The position numbers were made by a program, and so were the translations under genes. DNA of 64,000 nt from contig CBDCXR010000004.1 of NCBI GenBank assembly GCA_965223845.1, positions 6,592,001 to 6,656,000 of the forward strand, read 5' to 3'. Source of the DNA: Planctomycetota bacterium. GTDB lineage: Bacteria > Planctomycetota > UBA8108 > SXIK01. The notes beneath the pieces are model-generated. The model searched no databases. It was given only the letters and a program-made list of their open reading frames with translations, and was not told where the DNA came from. Positions 8,402-19,403 of this stretch are shown piece by piece (the first letter of the stretch is position 1; the number at the start of each line of letters is the position of its first letter).

Positions 8402-11400
8402 CTATGCGCTCGAGTTCTTCCCCGCGCCCAAGACCTCCAAATACCCCCGAGCGTGAGGCCCCAGCTCAAGCGCCGTCGCCATCCACCCCGAGGGTGAACT
8501 CGCGTCGCCTGGCTCCCTCACCTCCACGCGACCGCCGTAGAGCGTCGCGACCACCCGGCCACCGTGGAGGAGGATCTGTGCCCCGACGATTGCCGGCGTG
8601 CGCGGCCCGTCGTCGAGGATGCCCGTCAGGTTGAGCGGGTCGACGCCCGAGACGACGATCCACTCGTCGCCCGCGGCATCTCGGCGGAGCTTGCGCAAGC
8701 GATCGACCGCGTGCGAATCGGCGTACTGCTCGCCCGCGAGCCCGGTGACGAAGCGCCCGCCGCGGATATCCCCGCGTGTCTCGAGACGCCGGTAGACGCG
8801 AACGAGCTCGTGCCAGCGCGGGGCGTTCGGCTCGCGCTCGAGGAGGTCGCGGCACACAACCCCGTAGCGCCGGAGGAGGAGCTCCGCCCAGCGCTCCACG
8901 CGCTCCGGATGGTCCTCGATCTCGAATCCGGGAAACGCGCTCCAGCGCCCTCCCGTCGCCGCCGCTGCGAGCGTGATCGCGTCGCTGTCCCCAGCGCGAG
9001 ACGGCGCGCGTCGACCGCGCCGCGCGGCGGGACCGGCGAGAGACCGAATGACGCCGAAGCCGTCGCTGCTCGCTCGCCCGCTCGCGACGAGCTCGGCGAG
9101 CGCGCGTCGCACTTGCTCGGCCAGGAGCCCGGTTGCGCGCGCGATCTCTTGCTCGAAGAGAGCGCCACGCTTTTCGAGGAGAGCGAGCACGGCGTCCGCT
9201 TCGCCTCCGAGCGCGCGAGTGTCGCGCGCCTCGCGCGGGAGGATCCAGCCGACGTTTTCCCGCTGGACGATGCCGATCGGCGCGGACTTCGTCGCCTGCT
9301 GCGCCGGTCGCTCGGTCGGACGCGGCGGACGGAGGCGTCCCCACTGAACCGCGCCGCCGAGGAGAAGTTGATCGAGGATTCCGCCCTCGTACTCGACGAC
9401 CCGCGTGGGAAGCACGAGCTCTTCCCACGCCGTCGCCGGAACTTCGCAGCCTTCGAGAAGCTCGATCACGGCGAGGAGTCCGCCGCTTCCGAGTGCCATC
9501 TGCTCGGACGAAGCCATCTGGTGCGAGATGAGAAACCGCCAGAACACTTCGCGCGAAACCGGCTCGATCTGTCGGCGGAGGTGGTCGAGCGTCAAGCGGT
9601 GAATCCGCTGGAGGAGGCGGCGATCGCACCACTCGGTCTCGCCGCGGGCGATCGCGGCCTCGGAGTATTGTCCGCGAAGAACGGTTCCCTCTCCTTCGAG
9701 CGCGACGAGAGCGCGTTCGACGAACTTTCGCTCGAGAGCGAGCGCCTCCGCGAGCTCCTCCGCGGTCTGTGGGCCGCAGATTTCGAGTCGCGCGCGAACG
9801 AGCGAAGTGCGGACGTGAGACGCATCCGCGCTCGACGACGCGAGCTCGGGCGGAAGTTCGATCGCCGGCGAGCACTCGGCACCCGAGTACACCTCACGAA
9901 GATTCGGCCACGTTTCCGCGGCGACCAGGAATCGCGCGTCCGCGTTGACGGCGACGACGGACGCGCGCCCGGCGCGGATGAGGTCGTCCGTCCACTCGGC
10001 CCACGCTCCCGCTTCGCCCGCGGGGAGCACGCCGAGGAGGAGGAGCACCTCGTGGAGCTCTTCCGCATCTCGCACTGTCGGCCGGACTTCGCTCCGTACC
10101 GCCGCGATCGCTTCGGGATCGAGCTTCGCGAGTTCCCGCAGAGCTTCGACGTCGAGCGTCCGCCGCGTCGCCACGGCCCGCGCACGTCTCTCCTCGAGCG
10201 GCGCGTTGTCGAGAAACGTGTAGGGATTCGCGTTGAGGAGCTCGTGCGAAAACGGCGACGGCTCGCGCGAATCGATGCCGACGATCGCGATTTCGCCGCG
10301 CTCGAGACGTTCGAGGACGTCGCGACACGCATCGATGTCCATCGCCTCGTAGAGACAATCGTCGACGGTCTGGCGGACGAGAGGATGATCGGGAATCTCG
10401 ATGTCGCCCGAGTGGTTCTCGAGGCAGGCGGTCTGCTGGGGGAACACCGCCGAGAGGACGTCGTCCGCGCGAAACCGCTGCAGCGGCGGCGGGATCTTCT
10501 TTCCGCCGGAGCGCCGGAGAACGACGAGCGAACGCGTCGCGTTCCACCGCCATCGCGTGAGGAACATCGGGACGGCGAGGATCGCTTGCTCGAGCGTGGT
10601 TCGAAGCTGGCGGGAGGGGACCATGCCAAAGAGCGATTCGAGCGGAAAACTGTGCTGCGGCCCGAGTGCGAGCACGATTCCGTTGTCGTTCGCCGCCGCC
10701 TGGAGTTCGAAGTTGAAGCTCCGGCAGAATCGTTTGCGAAGGGCGAGACCCCAAGCGCGAAGGATGCGACTTCCGAAGGGAGCGTGGATCACGAGCTGCA
10801 TTCCACCGGTGTCGTCGAAGAAACGCTCGAACACGACGCGCTCCTGCGTCGGCACGCACCCGAGAGCAGCGACCTCGACCTCGACGTAGCGGTTCGCCTG
10901 CTCGGCGGCCCAGTCGTCTAGAGCTCCGGCCTGGGCGAGCTCACGGAGACTCCTGCCGATCCCATCGCCGCCGCTCCGTCCGGTCTCTTCGAGGTCGCGC
11001 GCGATGTCGGCACGAAGGCGAGAGACCGCCGCAGAGAGCTCGACCGTGCGGCCGGGAGCCTCGCCGAGCCAAAACGGAATCGTCGCGGGGGCCCCCTTGG
11101 CGTCGTGGACAGCGACTTCCCCGCCGCGCACGTGATCGATCTGCCAGGAGGTCGTCCCGAGCACGAAGATGTCGCCGGCCATGCTCTCGAGGGCGAAGTC
11201 CTCGTTCACCGTTCCGACGTAGGTTCCTTCCTCGACGGTGACGACGCGGTAGTCGGCGTTTTCGGGGATCGCCCCGCCGCTTCCGAGCGCGGAGATGCGG
11301 GCGTTGCGCCGCGGTCGCAGCCTCTTGTGGATGCGATCGCGGTGGAGGTAGAGGCCGAAGCGTTTTCCGTTTCGCCGCTCGTCGCTCAGCATGTGAACGA

Positions 11401-12769
11401 CGGCGTCGAAGTCTTCCCGCGCGAGATCGCGAAACGGCCACGCACGCCGGCAGAGAGCGAAGAGAGCATCTTCGTCGATCGCTCCCCGTGCCACGTGAGC
11501 GACGATTTGCTGAGCGAGGATATCGAGCGGCGCGAGCGGAAGCACGATGCGGTCGAGCTCGCCTTCGTTCACCGCCCGAATGAGCGCGATCGATTCCAGG
11601 AGCTCGTCGCGCGTGAGGGGAAACAGCCGACCCTTCGGCGTGAGGCCGAGAGAGTGACCGGCGCGCCCGACGCGCTGGAGGAAGGTCGCGATCGCGCGCG
11701 GCGATCCGATTTGACAGACGAGATCGATGTACCCGACGTCGATGCCGAGCTCGAGCGACGCGGTCGCGACGATCGCTTTCAGCTCGCCGCGCTTCAGCCG
11801 CTCTTCGGCGTCGAGTCGGATCGCGCGCGAGAGGCTCCCGTGGTGGCTCGTAACCTGTCCGTCGCCCAGCTTCGCGGCGAGATGGACGCAGATTTGCTCC
11901 GCCATCTTCCGCGTATTGACGAAGACGAGCGTGCTCCGGTGCTCCTCGATGAGTTCGCTCAGGCGCGCGTAGACTTCGGCCCACGTCTCGTGGGGGCAAA
12001 CCGCGCTCAGCTCGCTCGATGGCACTTCGATCGCGACGTCGAGATCGCGTTGGTGCCCGACATCGACGATCGTGCAGCGGGGATCGCCGGATTCGTCATC
12101 GACGCACTGCGTGCCGACGAGAAAGCGCGCGACGTCTTCGATCGGACGCTGCGTCGCCGAGAGGCCGATTCGCTGAAGAGGTCCTCCCGCGACCTCGCCG
12201 AGACGCTCGAGCGAAAGCGCGAGATGCGACCCGCGCTTGTCGCCCGCGAGAACGTGGATCTCATCCACGATCACGGTGCGGACGGTACGGAGCAGTTTCG
12301 CGGACTTTTCGGCGGTGAGGAGGAGGAAGAGCGACTCGGGAGTCGTGACGAGGATGTGCGGGGGCCGGCGAAGCATCGCCTGACGTTCGGAGGCGGGGGT
12401 GTCCCCGGTGCGAACTCGCGCCGTGATCGCGGGTGCATCGGGAGCTGAGTCGGCGAGGGCCGCGCCGATCTCGGCGAGCGGCGTCTCGAGATTGCGCCGG
12501 ATGTCGTTTGAGAGTGCCTTGAGCGGCGAGACGTAGACGACGTGAACTCCGTCGTCGAGCCGGTCGTCGACCGCCGCGCGAACGAGTCGATCGATGCAGA
12601 CGAGGAACGCCGTCAGCGTCTTTCCCGAGCCGGTCGGCGCGGCGACGAGCACGTGGCCGCCGCCGTCGATCGCCCGCCACCCGTCGAGCTGCGGCGGGGT
12701 CGGTCCCTCGAAGTGGCCTTCGAACCAGCGTCGCGTGAGGGGATGAAAGATCGCGCTCAAGTCGCTCAT
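8402..12769 (-). CDS. lhr: ATP-dependent helicase Lhr (SF2 DExH, full length with C-terminal winged-helix/AlkZ-like region)
   Basis: APTGSGKT, YVSPLKALSND, TTPESL, DEIH, LSAT, HHGSLS, TASLELGIDVG, QRVGRAGH; C-terminal LLRRYGVVCR...GDIRGGRFV typical of long Lhr. Confidence 0.95.
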   Translation of the reverse strand: MSDLSAIFHPLTRRWFEGHFEGPTPPQLDGWRAIDGGGHVLVAAPTGSGKTLTAFLVCIDRLVRAAVDDRLDDGVHVVYVSPLKALSNDIRRNLETPLAEIGAALADSAPDAPAITARVRTGDTPASERQAMLRRPPHILVTTPESLFLLLTAEKSAKLLRTVRTVIVDEIHVLAGDKRGSHLALSLERLGEVAGGPLQRIGLSATQRPIEDVARFLVGTQCVDDESGDPRCTIVDVGHQRDLDVAIEVPSSELSAVCPHETWAEVYARLSELIEEHRSTLVFVNTRKMAEQICVHLAAKLGDGQVTSHHGSLSRAIRLDAEERLKRGELKAIVATASLELGIDVGYIDLVCQIGSPRAIATFLQRVGRAGHSLGLTPKGRLFPLTRDELLESIALIRAVNEGELDRIVLPLAPLDILAQQIVAHVARGAIDEDALFALCRRAWPFRDLAREDFDAVVHMLSDERRNGKRFGLYLHRDRIHKRLRPRRNARISALGSGGAIPENADYRVVTVEEGTYVGTVNEDFALESMAGDIFVLGTTSWQIDHVRGGEVAVHDAKGAPATIPFWLGEAPGRTVELSAAVSRLRADIARDLEETGRSGGDGIGRSLRELAQAGALDDWAAEQANRYVEVEVAALGCVPTQERVVFERFFDDTGGMQLVIHAPFGSRILRAWGLALRKRFCRSFNFELQAAANDNGIVLALGPQHSFPLESLFGMVPSRQLRTTLEQAILAVPMFLTRWRWNATRSLVVLRRSGGKKIPPPLQRFRADDVLSAVFPQQTACLENHSGDIEIPDHPLVRQTVDDCLYEAMDIDACRDVLERLERGEIAIVGIDSREPSPFSHELLNANPYTFLDNAPLEERRARAVATRRTLDVEALRELAKLDPEAIAAVRSEVRPTVRDAEELHEVLLLLGVLPAGEAGAWAEWTDDLIRAGRASVVAVNADARFLVAAETWPNLREVYSGAECSPAIELPPELASSSADASHVRTSLVRARLEICGPQTAEELAEALALERKFVERALVALEGEGTVLRGQYSEAAIARGETEWCDRRLLQRIHRLTLDHLRRQIEPVSREVFWRFLISHQMASSEQMALGSGGLLAVIELLEGCEVPATAWEELVLPTRVVEYEGGILDQLLLGGAVQWGRLRPPRPTERPAQQATKSAPIGIVQRENVGWILPREARDTRALGGEADAVLALLEKRGALFEQEIARATGLLAEQVRRALAELVASGRASSDGFGVIRSLAGPAARRGRRAPSRAGDSDAITLAAAATGGRWSAFPGFEIEDHPERVERWAELLLRRYGVVCRDLLEREPNAPRWHELVRVYRRLETRGDIRGGRFVTGLAGEQYADSHAVDRLRKLRRDAAGDEWIVVSGVDPLNLTGILDDGPRTPAIVGAQILLHGGRVVATLYGGRVEVREPGDASSPSGWMATALELGPHARGYLEVLGAGKNSSA

Positions 12770-12940
12770 GGAGTGCTCGACATAGTTCGTCGGAGTACCG
12801 GTGCGTCCGGGTCGACCGGATGTCCATCCTCACCCCGTCCGGGCCGGGATCAAGCGGGCTTGTGTGCGACTTCGACCGCGGGAGTGCGACCGCGGGCCGA
12901 GGCCGTGCGCGTGACGGTGGGCGGTCGCCTCCTGCATTCC

Positions 12941-12969
12941 TTGACTTGATCCCGCGTTTCGCGTATCAC
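12941..12969 (+). promoter_or_regulatory. Possible sigma70-type promoter for the 13065 gene
   Basis: TTGACT-N17-TATCAC in the divergent intergenic region. Confidence 0.35.
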
Positions 12970-13064
12970 CCCAGGCAGCCGAGAGCCTTTTCGCGTAGTG
13001 GTTTACGGTCGCCGCGAGCTCTCGGGAGAAGAAGAGAAGAGAGCGCCGGAGGCAGCGCCGGAGC

Positions 13065-14843
13065 ATGACTCGAAAGCTGCGCATCGCCCGAACCACGCCC
13101 GCTCGGATGGCCGTTCTGCTTGTGTCCATCCTCGCGGCAGGCTCGGTTCAGGTCGCGACCTTTGCCGACCCGCCGACGGCAAACGAGCCGGCGCCGGAGG
13201 AGGCCCCGCCGGCGAACGTCCCCCTCGTGGACATTCGCGTGGACGACGTCCCGGCGTTCGTGAGCGCCTGGAAGACGACGCTCTCGGGGCGCCTGTTGTC
13301 GCACCCCGCGTGCGTTTCGCTCGCGGCGGGAGTAACCGAGCGCATCGACGCGGAGCTTCGCGAGCTCGCCGAGGAGCTCGGCGGCACGATCGAGCCGGGT
13401 TGGTTTGCGCGACTGCTCGATCGCGCGGTCGACACCAGTTCGGAAGCGAGCGCGACCGGTTCCCGTCGTCTCGTCCTCCGACTCTCGCCCGATCGGCGAC
13501 TCGCGTGGGAGGTCGCGGCCGCGACCGGCGAGATGCCCGCGCTCGCCGTTCCGCCCTGCCTCGCAGAGTACGACCTGATCGGAGCGGTCGACCTCGCGGC
13601 GATCGCCGAGGTTCCGCTCGGCGGCGGCGCGGAGGGGACCGAAGCCGGCGCGCGCGACGATCTCCGTCTCGTCGCGACCGCACTCGGACTCGACTTGCTC
13701 GGAACTCTCTGGTTCGGTGCTCGGGTGCGACGCGGTGCCCTCGAGCTCGAGTTCGCGTTTCCGGATCTCGATCGCCCGCGCGGTCTGCTCGAAGCGATCG
13801 CCGCGGCGGTGCATCCGAAGACGAACGTCGGCGGTGCGCTCGCGTTCGTCCCCGCGCGCACGGAGGCCGTGAGTTCGTTCGCGATTCGCCCCGGCGCTGC
13901 GCTTCGTTCTCTTCGGCAGTTCGTGCGGCGGCGACTCCCGGAGGTCTCGCCGTGGCTCGATGCGCGCGAGGCCGAGGTGAAAGCAGCGATCGGTCTCGAC
14001 GCGGTCCGGAGGATCGAGGGGCTCGGGGATCTTTCCCTGTGCGTCTTCTCCGTCGCTGCGCCCGCCGGCGGAGCCGAGGACACGATCGCGATCGCGCGCG
14101 CCGACGAGACCGCCCCCTACTGGGAGGTTCTCCGGCGCATCGCAGCTCACCTGGCGATCGAACCACGCCGCGTCGTCGTCGACGATTCGTCGCACGGCAC
14201 GATCGAGATCGAGACGTTCGACTTGCGGTCGATCGTCGCTCGCGCGCGGGAGGCGTCGGCTGGCCAAGGAGGAGCGCCGCGGGTCATCGGAGCGGCCGTC
14301 GAGCTCGCGTCGAACACGGTGCCGCTCGTCGCTCGCACGGAGATCGGCGAGGGATGGTGTTGCTACTCGACGTCGACGCAGGCGCTCGTTCGGTACCGGC
14401 GGAGCTATTTGCGCGAGAGAAAGCTCATCTACGACGGCGAAGCACTCGAGCTCGTGACCGCCACGACTCGAGGAGCGATCGTCGGCAGCTGCGCGCGAAG
14501 CGGCGAGGCGATGCTCACCGCCTACAACTCGGTCGTCGCCGAGCTCGGTGCGCCGAGTCGGCCGGGAATTCGACGGCCGGAATGGAAACGCACTCTCGAC
14601 GCGCTCCTCCTTCCCGCCGGCGAGTCGTTCGCCGCGAGCACCGGTTGGGGGGCCATGCGCTGGGAATGGGTGCGCGGCGCAGGGGATGGCGAGCGCTCGG
14701 CGCGCGGAGTTCGCCTCTCGAGCCGGCGCCTCCTCAATGAGCGCTGGTTGGCCGCGTTCCTGCGCGAAACGGACCGGCGCCGAAGCGGCGCGCAACTCAC
14801 CGCGATTTCGCGCCCGCCGCCCGCGGAGAGAGTGGACCGGTGA
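13065..14843 (+). CDS. Hypothetical exported protein
   Basis: GGAG before ATG, signal-peptide-like N-terminus (AVLLVSILAAGSVQVATFA), normal codon usage, GTGA overlap with the next gene; no family recognised. Confidence 0.7.
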   Translation: MTRKLRIARTTPARMAVLLVSILAAGSVQVATFADPPTANEPAPEEAPPANVPLVDIRVDDVPAFVSAWKTTLSGRLLSHPACVSLAAGVTERIDAELRELAEELGGTIEPGWFARLLDRAVDTSSEASATGSRRLVLRLSPDRRLAWEVAAATGEMPALAVPPCLAEYDLIGAVDLAAIAEVPLGGGAEGTEAGARDDLRLVATALGLDLLGTLWFGARVRRGALELEFAFPDLDRPRGLLEAIAAAVHPKTNVGGALAFVPARTEAVSSFAIRPGAALRSLRQFVRRRLPEVSPWLDAREAEVKAAIGLDAVRRIEGLGDLSLCVFSVAAPAGGAEDTIAIARADETAPYWEVLRRIAAHLAIEPRRVVVDDSSHGTIEIETFDLRSIVARAREASAGQGGAPRVIGAAVELASNTVPLVARTEIGEGWCCYSTSTQALVRYRRSYLRERKLIYDGEALELVTATTRGAIVGSCARSGEAMLTAYNSVVAELGAPSRPGIRRPEWKRTLDALLLPAGESFAASTGWGAMRWEWVRGAGDGERSARGVRLSSRRLLNERWLAAFLRETDRRRSGAQLTAISRPPPAERVDR

Positions 14844-15550
14844 AGCGAGTTCTCGTGCTCCGGCACGGAATCGTGATCAACCGGTACTTCATGGTGCCGA
14901 TGGAGCGGTACTTTCGTCGGCTCGGATACGACGTTCACAACCGCGGTTATCCGACGACGAAGAAAGCGGTGCGCGAGCACGCTCGTGACCTCGTCGATGA
15001 AATCCGAGCGATCGACATCGACCTCTCGGCGCGCGGCGAAGAATACGAGCTCTACTGTATTACGCATTCGCTCGGCGGCCTCGTTCTCCGCTACGCGCTC
15101 ACCCACTTCGACCTCCCCCGAGTGCGGCGAGCCGTGCTCCTGGTCCCGCCGAACCAGGGAGCGGTGACGGCGCGTCACTTCAAAAACTTTCCGCCGTACC
15201 GATGGCTCTTCGGGGGGAAGGCGGGCCGCGAGCTGACTCAAGATCCGCCCGGGATCTTCGGTGAGTGCGGCGTTCCCGACAATTGTGAGATCGGGATCAT
15301 CGCGGGCGATGTTCGCTACCGGATGTGGGGCGCCCCCGTCGAGAGACCGCACGACGGTGTCGTCGAGGTGCGGGAGGCGGAGCTTCCGCCGTACCCGCTT
15401 CGCGTCCTTCCCTACGGCCACACGCCGATCCTCTTCGTCCGCTATGCCTGGGAGGAGACCGAGCACTTCCTCCGCCACGGACGGTTTCGTGCGGCCGAAG
15501 CGGCCGGGCGTTCGACGGAATCTTCGGCGAGATCCGGGCCATCGCGGTAA
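14840..15550 (+). CDS. Alpha/beta hydrolase (lipase/esterase-like)
   Basis: Oxyanion motif LRHGI, nucleophile elbow THSLGG, HDGVV, GHT (catalytic His). Confidence 0.88.
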   Translation: MKRVLVLRHGIVINRYFMVPMERYFRRLGYDVHNRGYPTTKKAVREHARDLVDEIRAIDIDLSARGEEYELYCITHSLGGLVLRYALTHFDLPRVRRAVLLVPPNQGAVTARHFKNFPPYRWLFGGKAGRELTQDPPGIFGECGVPDNCEIGIIAGDVRYRMWGAPVERPHDGVVEVREAELPPYPLRVLPYGHTPILFVRYAWEETEHFLRHGRFRAAEAAGRSTESSARSGPSR

Positions 15551-15691
15551 AAGCGAGCTGAGTCCGCTCCCACACTTGCCATAGAATGACGGCAAGATTC
15601 GCATCCGCTCTTCATTCCGTTCGCGGAGTGAGCCGGCGCCGACGATCTCCGCGCAGATTCTCGGCCGGCGTTTCTTTCGGGGGCCAGACTC

Positions 15692-17350
15692 ATGGAACTA
15701 CCCTATGCTTTGAGCTCGGCGGAGGGCCCACCGGGCGCCGGGCGCCGCTCGCGCCGCGTTTCTCTCCTCGTCCTCGGGCTTGCCGGCGTGGTCGCGCCGC
15801 TTGCGGCCTTTGCGCAGGACGGTGAGGTCCTCATTCCGATCGGCGTCGAGTGGCGATACTTCAAGGGGACGGAGGCGCCGCCTGTCGAGTGGAATGCACG
15901 CGATTTCGATGACGGCGACTGGCTCGCGGGCGAGACGGGAATCGGCTACGGAGACGGTGACGACGCGACCATCCTCGACGACATGGAGGACGGCTACGCG
16001 AGCGTCTACTGCCGGCGATCGTTTACCGTCGCCGACGCTGCGTCGCTGCGTCGTCTCATCCTTCGGATCGACTACGACGACGGATTCGTCGCGTACTTGA
16101 ACGGAGCCGAGGTGGTGCGCCGCGGACTCGACGGCGAACCTCCTCCCTTCGATGCGTTCTCCTCTAGCCACGAGGCGGGCACGCCGGAGACGATCGATCT
16201 CAGCGCCGGGCTCGAAGTGATCGAGAACGGAGTGAACGTGCTCGCGGTTCAGGTCCACAACACCTCGATCGGGAGCTCCGACCTGTCGTTCGTCCCGGAG
16301 CTCGCCGCCAACGAGTTGCTCTGCCCGACGAACGCCGCGTGTTCCTTCGCCGAAGGCGAAACGACGGTGACCGTGAGCTGGGTCAATACCACCGAGTACG
16401 ATCGAATCGAAGTTCGCCGGAGTGGGGCGATCCTCACCGATGATCTCGACGGGACGACTCAGGAGTTCGTCGATCTCGACCCGCCGTCGGGCGAGCTCGA
16501 GTACGAGATCGTCGCGATCGACGCCGGTGTGCCGTGCGATCCGCTGCGGTGCACCGTCGCTGTGTTCACGGCACAGGACGTCATGGTCCGTCCCGGCGAC
16601 GAGTGGAGCTACTTCAAGGGGACGGAGCCACCGCCGTCCGCGTGGAATCTACCGGAGTTCGACGACGAAGAGTGGCTCGTCGGCGATACCGGCATCGGCT
16701 ACGGCGACGGCGACGACGAAACGATCCTCGACGATATGGAGGACAACTATCTGACGGTCTTCTGCCGGCGTGTCCTCGACATCGAAGATCCGGACGCGCT
16801 CGCCGCGCTCCGATTCTCTTCGGTTTGCGACGACGGCCTCGTCGTCTATTTGAACGGCGTCGAGGCGGGACGCTACAACATCGACGAGAACGAGGATCCG
16901 GACTACGACACGGCGGCGTCGAGCGCGATCGAGCCGTCGGTTTTCGAGCTGACGCTTCCCGTCGGCGAGCTCGGCCCGGGAGAGAATGTGCTCGCCGTCA
17001 GCGTGCACAACGCCGGAGCGGGCAGCTCCGATCTTTCGTTCATTCCGACGGTGATCCGCATCCTCCGCGTGGAGAAGCCGCGCTTCCGACGCGGCGATGC
17101 GACGAACGATACCGGAGTGAACCTCGCCGACGCGGTGGCCATTCTCGGCTATCTATTCCGGGGGGAGCGCGAACCCGCGTGTCTCGACGCAGCGGACACG
17201 AACGACGACGGGAGCGTGAATCTGAGCGACGCGATCTTCCTCCTCACCGCGCTCTTTAAGGGCGGGCCTGAGCCGCCGGCACCCGGCCGAGAATGCGGCG
17301 AAGACGGGACTGCGGATTCGCTCGGCGTCTGTCGGGGGCGGGGTTGTTGA
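15692..17350 (+). CDS. Secreted protein with two galactose-binding-like beta-sandwiches, an Ig/Fn3-like linker and a C-terminal dockerin-like domain
   Basis: Signal peptide ending AFA; duplicated WxYFKGTExPP...GIGYGDGDD...DDG.V.YLNG...NVLAV.VHN...SSDLSF; C-terminal FRRGDATNDTGVNLADAV...DTNDDGSVNLSDAI. Confidence 0.88.
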   Translation: MELPYALSSAEGPPGAGRRSRRVSLLVLGLAGVVAPLAAFAQDGEVLIPIGVEWRYFKGTEAPPVEWNARDFDDGDWLAGETGIGYGDGDDATILDDMEDGYASVYCRRSFTVADAASLRRLILRIDYDDGFVAYLNGAEVVRRGLDGEPPPFDAFSSSHEAGTPETIDLSAGLEVIENGVNVLAVQVHNTSIGSSDLSFVPELAANELLCPTNAACSFAEGETTVTVSWVNTTEYDRIEVRRSGAILTDDLDGTTQEFVDLDPPSGELEYEIVAIDAGVPCDPLRCTVAVFTAQDVMVRPGDEWSYFKGTEPPPSAWNLPEFDDEEWLVGDTGIGYGDGDDETILDDMEDNYLTVFCRRVLDIEDPDALAALRFSSVCDDGLVVYLNGVEAGRYNIDENEDPDYDTAASSAIEPSVFELTLPVGELGPGENVLAVSVHNAGAGSSDLSFIPTVIRILRVEKPRFRRGDATNDTGVNLADAVAILGYLFRGEREPACLDAADTNDDGSVNLSDAIFLLTALFKGGPEPPAPGRECGEDGTADSLGVCRGRGC

Positions 17351-17380
17351 CGCTGTTTTGTGTTCCTTTGGAGGAGATTC

Positions 17381-17594
17381 ACACGAAGAACGCGAAGGGG
17401 ACGCGAAGGAAGACGAAGGGCAGAGGAGGAATTAGAGAATGAGCATCAAATGCCGATCTCTGATTGAAGAATGAAGTGCAGATGTCGTGACTTGATCTGG
17501 CCGTCCGCGATCTCATTCCGCGCACACACACACACTCACTCTCTCTCTTTCTCTTTCTTCGTCTGCCTTCGCGTCCCCTTCGCGTTCTTCGTGT
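17381..17594. repeat. Long inverted-repeat element family A, copy 2
   Basis: 38-bp arms (17381-17418 and 17557-17594) with one mismatch; loop contains a (CA)n(CT)n tract; between convergent genes. Confidence 0.92.
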
Positions 17595-17612
17595 AAAACT
17601 CTTCTTCGGGAA

Positions 17613-19028
17613 TCAGCGCCGATCTAGCGCCCAAACGCGCAGCACCTCGTCCTTCCCGCCCGAAACGATGTTCCGCCGATCCGGAGTCATCACCGCATCG
17701 AGCGGCGGACGCTCGTGTCCTTCGAACCGGCGGAGCTCGCGTCCGCTCTTCACGTCCCAGACGCCGACGGTGTAATCGGTTCCTGGCCGCCAATCGGTAT
17801 ACGACGTAAACGCACCCCCCGCGGCGGTGATGACGAGGCGTCCGTCCGGAGAGAACCGCGCCGAGTGAACACAGTCGTCGTGGCCATCGATCTTGCGCGC
17901 GAGCTTGCCTGTCCGGAGCGACCAAACGTAGACGACACCGTCCCAGCTCGAGGCGAGCGCGTAGCGGCCGTCCGGGGAAACGTCGACTCGGGTCACGAAC
18001 CCTGACGGCCCGCGCAGTCTGCGGATCGCCCTTTGTTCCGCGATCCCCACGATCTGGACGGTCTGGCCGAACGCGACGACGATCTGATCGCCCTTCGGCG
18101 TAAAGGCGATGCTATTGACCTTGTAGGCGCGAGTCCCCACCGGAAAACGGACATCGCCGAAGCGCTTCCGCGTTCCGAAGAGAATCTCGCCGTCGTCCGA
18201 GCCCGCCGCGATCCAGCGACCGTCGCGCGAGACGGCGATCGAGCGAAGCTCCGCGTCGAAGCCGAGGAACGATTCCATCTCCGCGCCGTCCTTCGCTCTC
18301 CAAAATCGGACCGAGGCGTCATCGCTCGCGGAGACCACCCAGGAGCTGTCCGGTCCGAATGCGACGGCCTTGACCTTGTCGGAATGCCCGGTGAGACGGT
18401 GCATGGGCTCGGATTTTTTGAGGTCCCACAGCCAGAGCGTTCCGTCGGAGCTGCCGGATGCGATGTACTTCCCGTTCGGGGAGACCGCGACCGAATAGAC
18501 CGTATCGGAGTGGCCGCGGAGGAGCGTCGCCTCATCGGTGAGGCCGTTTTCGAGCTTGAACTGCCTCAGCTCCCGTCCGAGCTCGGTGGCATCGGCCTCC
18601 TTTTTCGCGCGGCGGTAGCGGTCGATTCCGCGCTCGTACGCGCGCACGAGCGTCTCGGCGTTCTTCTTTCGCGATGCGATGAACTCCTCGTACGGCTCGA
18701 TCACGGCGGGCGTTTCGGGCGCTGTGCCTTTCCGTTCGAACGCGTTCCGTTCGCCGATGAGGGTACGGGCAGTTTCGCTGTCGCCGCGAGCGGAAGCCGC
18801 TTCGATCTCTGCGTTGAACGTCATGACGAGAGTCATCCGCAGCCGATCGACGTCTTGAGTGAACTCGAGCTTCGCTCGTTCGACCTGTTCGCGAACTGGA
18901 TCGGCAGCGAGCGTCCGACTCGGAGACGTGCACACGACGACGCCCAGGAGCGCGATGGCAACTCGATCCCAGCGGACTCCGCGCCGCCGGAGCGCAGCGA
19001 AGATCGATTTGGCGGCTGTTCGCGTCAT
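17613..19028 (-). CDS. Exported WD40-repeat beta-propeller protein with N-terminal helical domain
   Basis: Repeats such as GHSDTVYSVAVSPNGKYIASGSSDGTLWLWD and GHSDKVKAVAF...VRFW, about 7 blades; N-terminal hydrophobic segment. Confidence 0.92.
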   Translation of the reverse strand: MTRTAAKSIFAALRRRGVRWDRVAIALLGVVVCTSPSRTLAADPVREQVERAKLEFTQDVDRLRMTLVMTFNAEIEAASARGDSETARTLIGERNAFERKGTAPETPAVIEPYEEFIASRKKNAETLVRAYERGIDRYRRAKKEADATELGRELRQFKLENGLTDEATLLRGHSDTVYSVAVSPNGKYIASGSSDGTLWLWDLKKSEPMHRLTGHSDKVKAVAFGPDSSWVVSASDDASVRFWRAKDGAEMESFLGFDAELRSIAVSRDGRWIAAGSDDGEILFGTRKRFGDVRFPVGTRAYKVNSIAFTPKGDQIVVAFGQTVQIVGIAEQRAIRRLRGPSGFVTRVDVSPDGRYALASSWDGVVYVWSLRTGKLARKIDGHDDCVHSARFSPDGRLVITAAGGAFTSYTDWRPGTDYTVGVWDVKSGRELRRFEGHERPPLDAVMTPDRRNIVSGGKDEVLRVWALDRR

Positions 19029-19403
19029 GAACCTTGAACTTCCTCGAGATGGCGAGCGACGGAGCGTCGCGGTGAGACCGCAAACCTTAGCTTAGACTCG
19101 GCGCGACTTCGAGCCGTCCCGGGCGACTCTAGGCCGCGGCTCTCGAACACGCAACCGGTTCGAGCGCAGATTCTCACCGGATCCCTCATTCTGAGGGACG
19201 AACGGGCACCCGGCCAATTCATTCGACCCTCGCGATCGCCGGCGTCGTTCGTCGTTTTCTGCGGAGTGTGGTCCGTTCCGATCGCCGGAGACGGCGCACG
19301 TCTTGCCCCGGCGCGGTTGGCGCCTGCGGTGATTTCCACTATCCTCCGAAACGCATTGTTCAACGCGTCTGCGTTTCGGAACTGTCCGTTCGTGAGGTTT
19401 CTC

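Noticed and set aside
8402-15550. lhr and its neighbours as an anti-phage defence island
   Set aside because: Lhr is a standard full-length repair helicase; the neighbours are divergently transcribed and show no nuclease, methylase or toxin motifs.
17521-17556. (CA)n(CT)n microsatellite as a phase-variation switch
   Set aside because: It is short, sits in a repeat loop between convergent 3' ends, and is not in a promoter or CDS.
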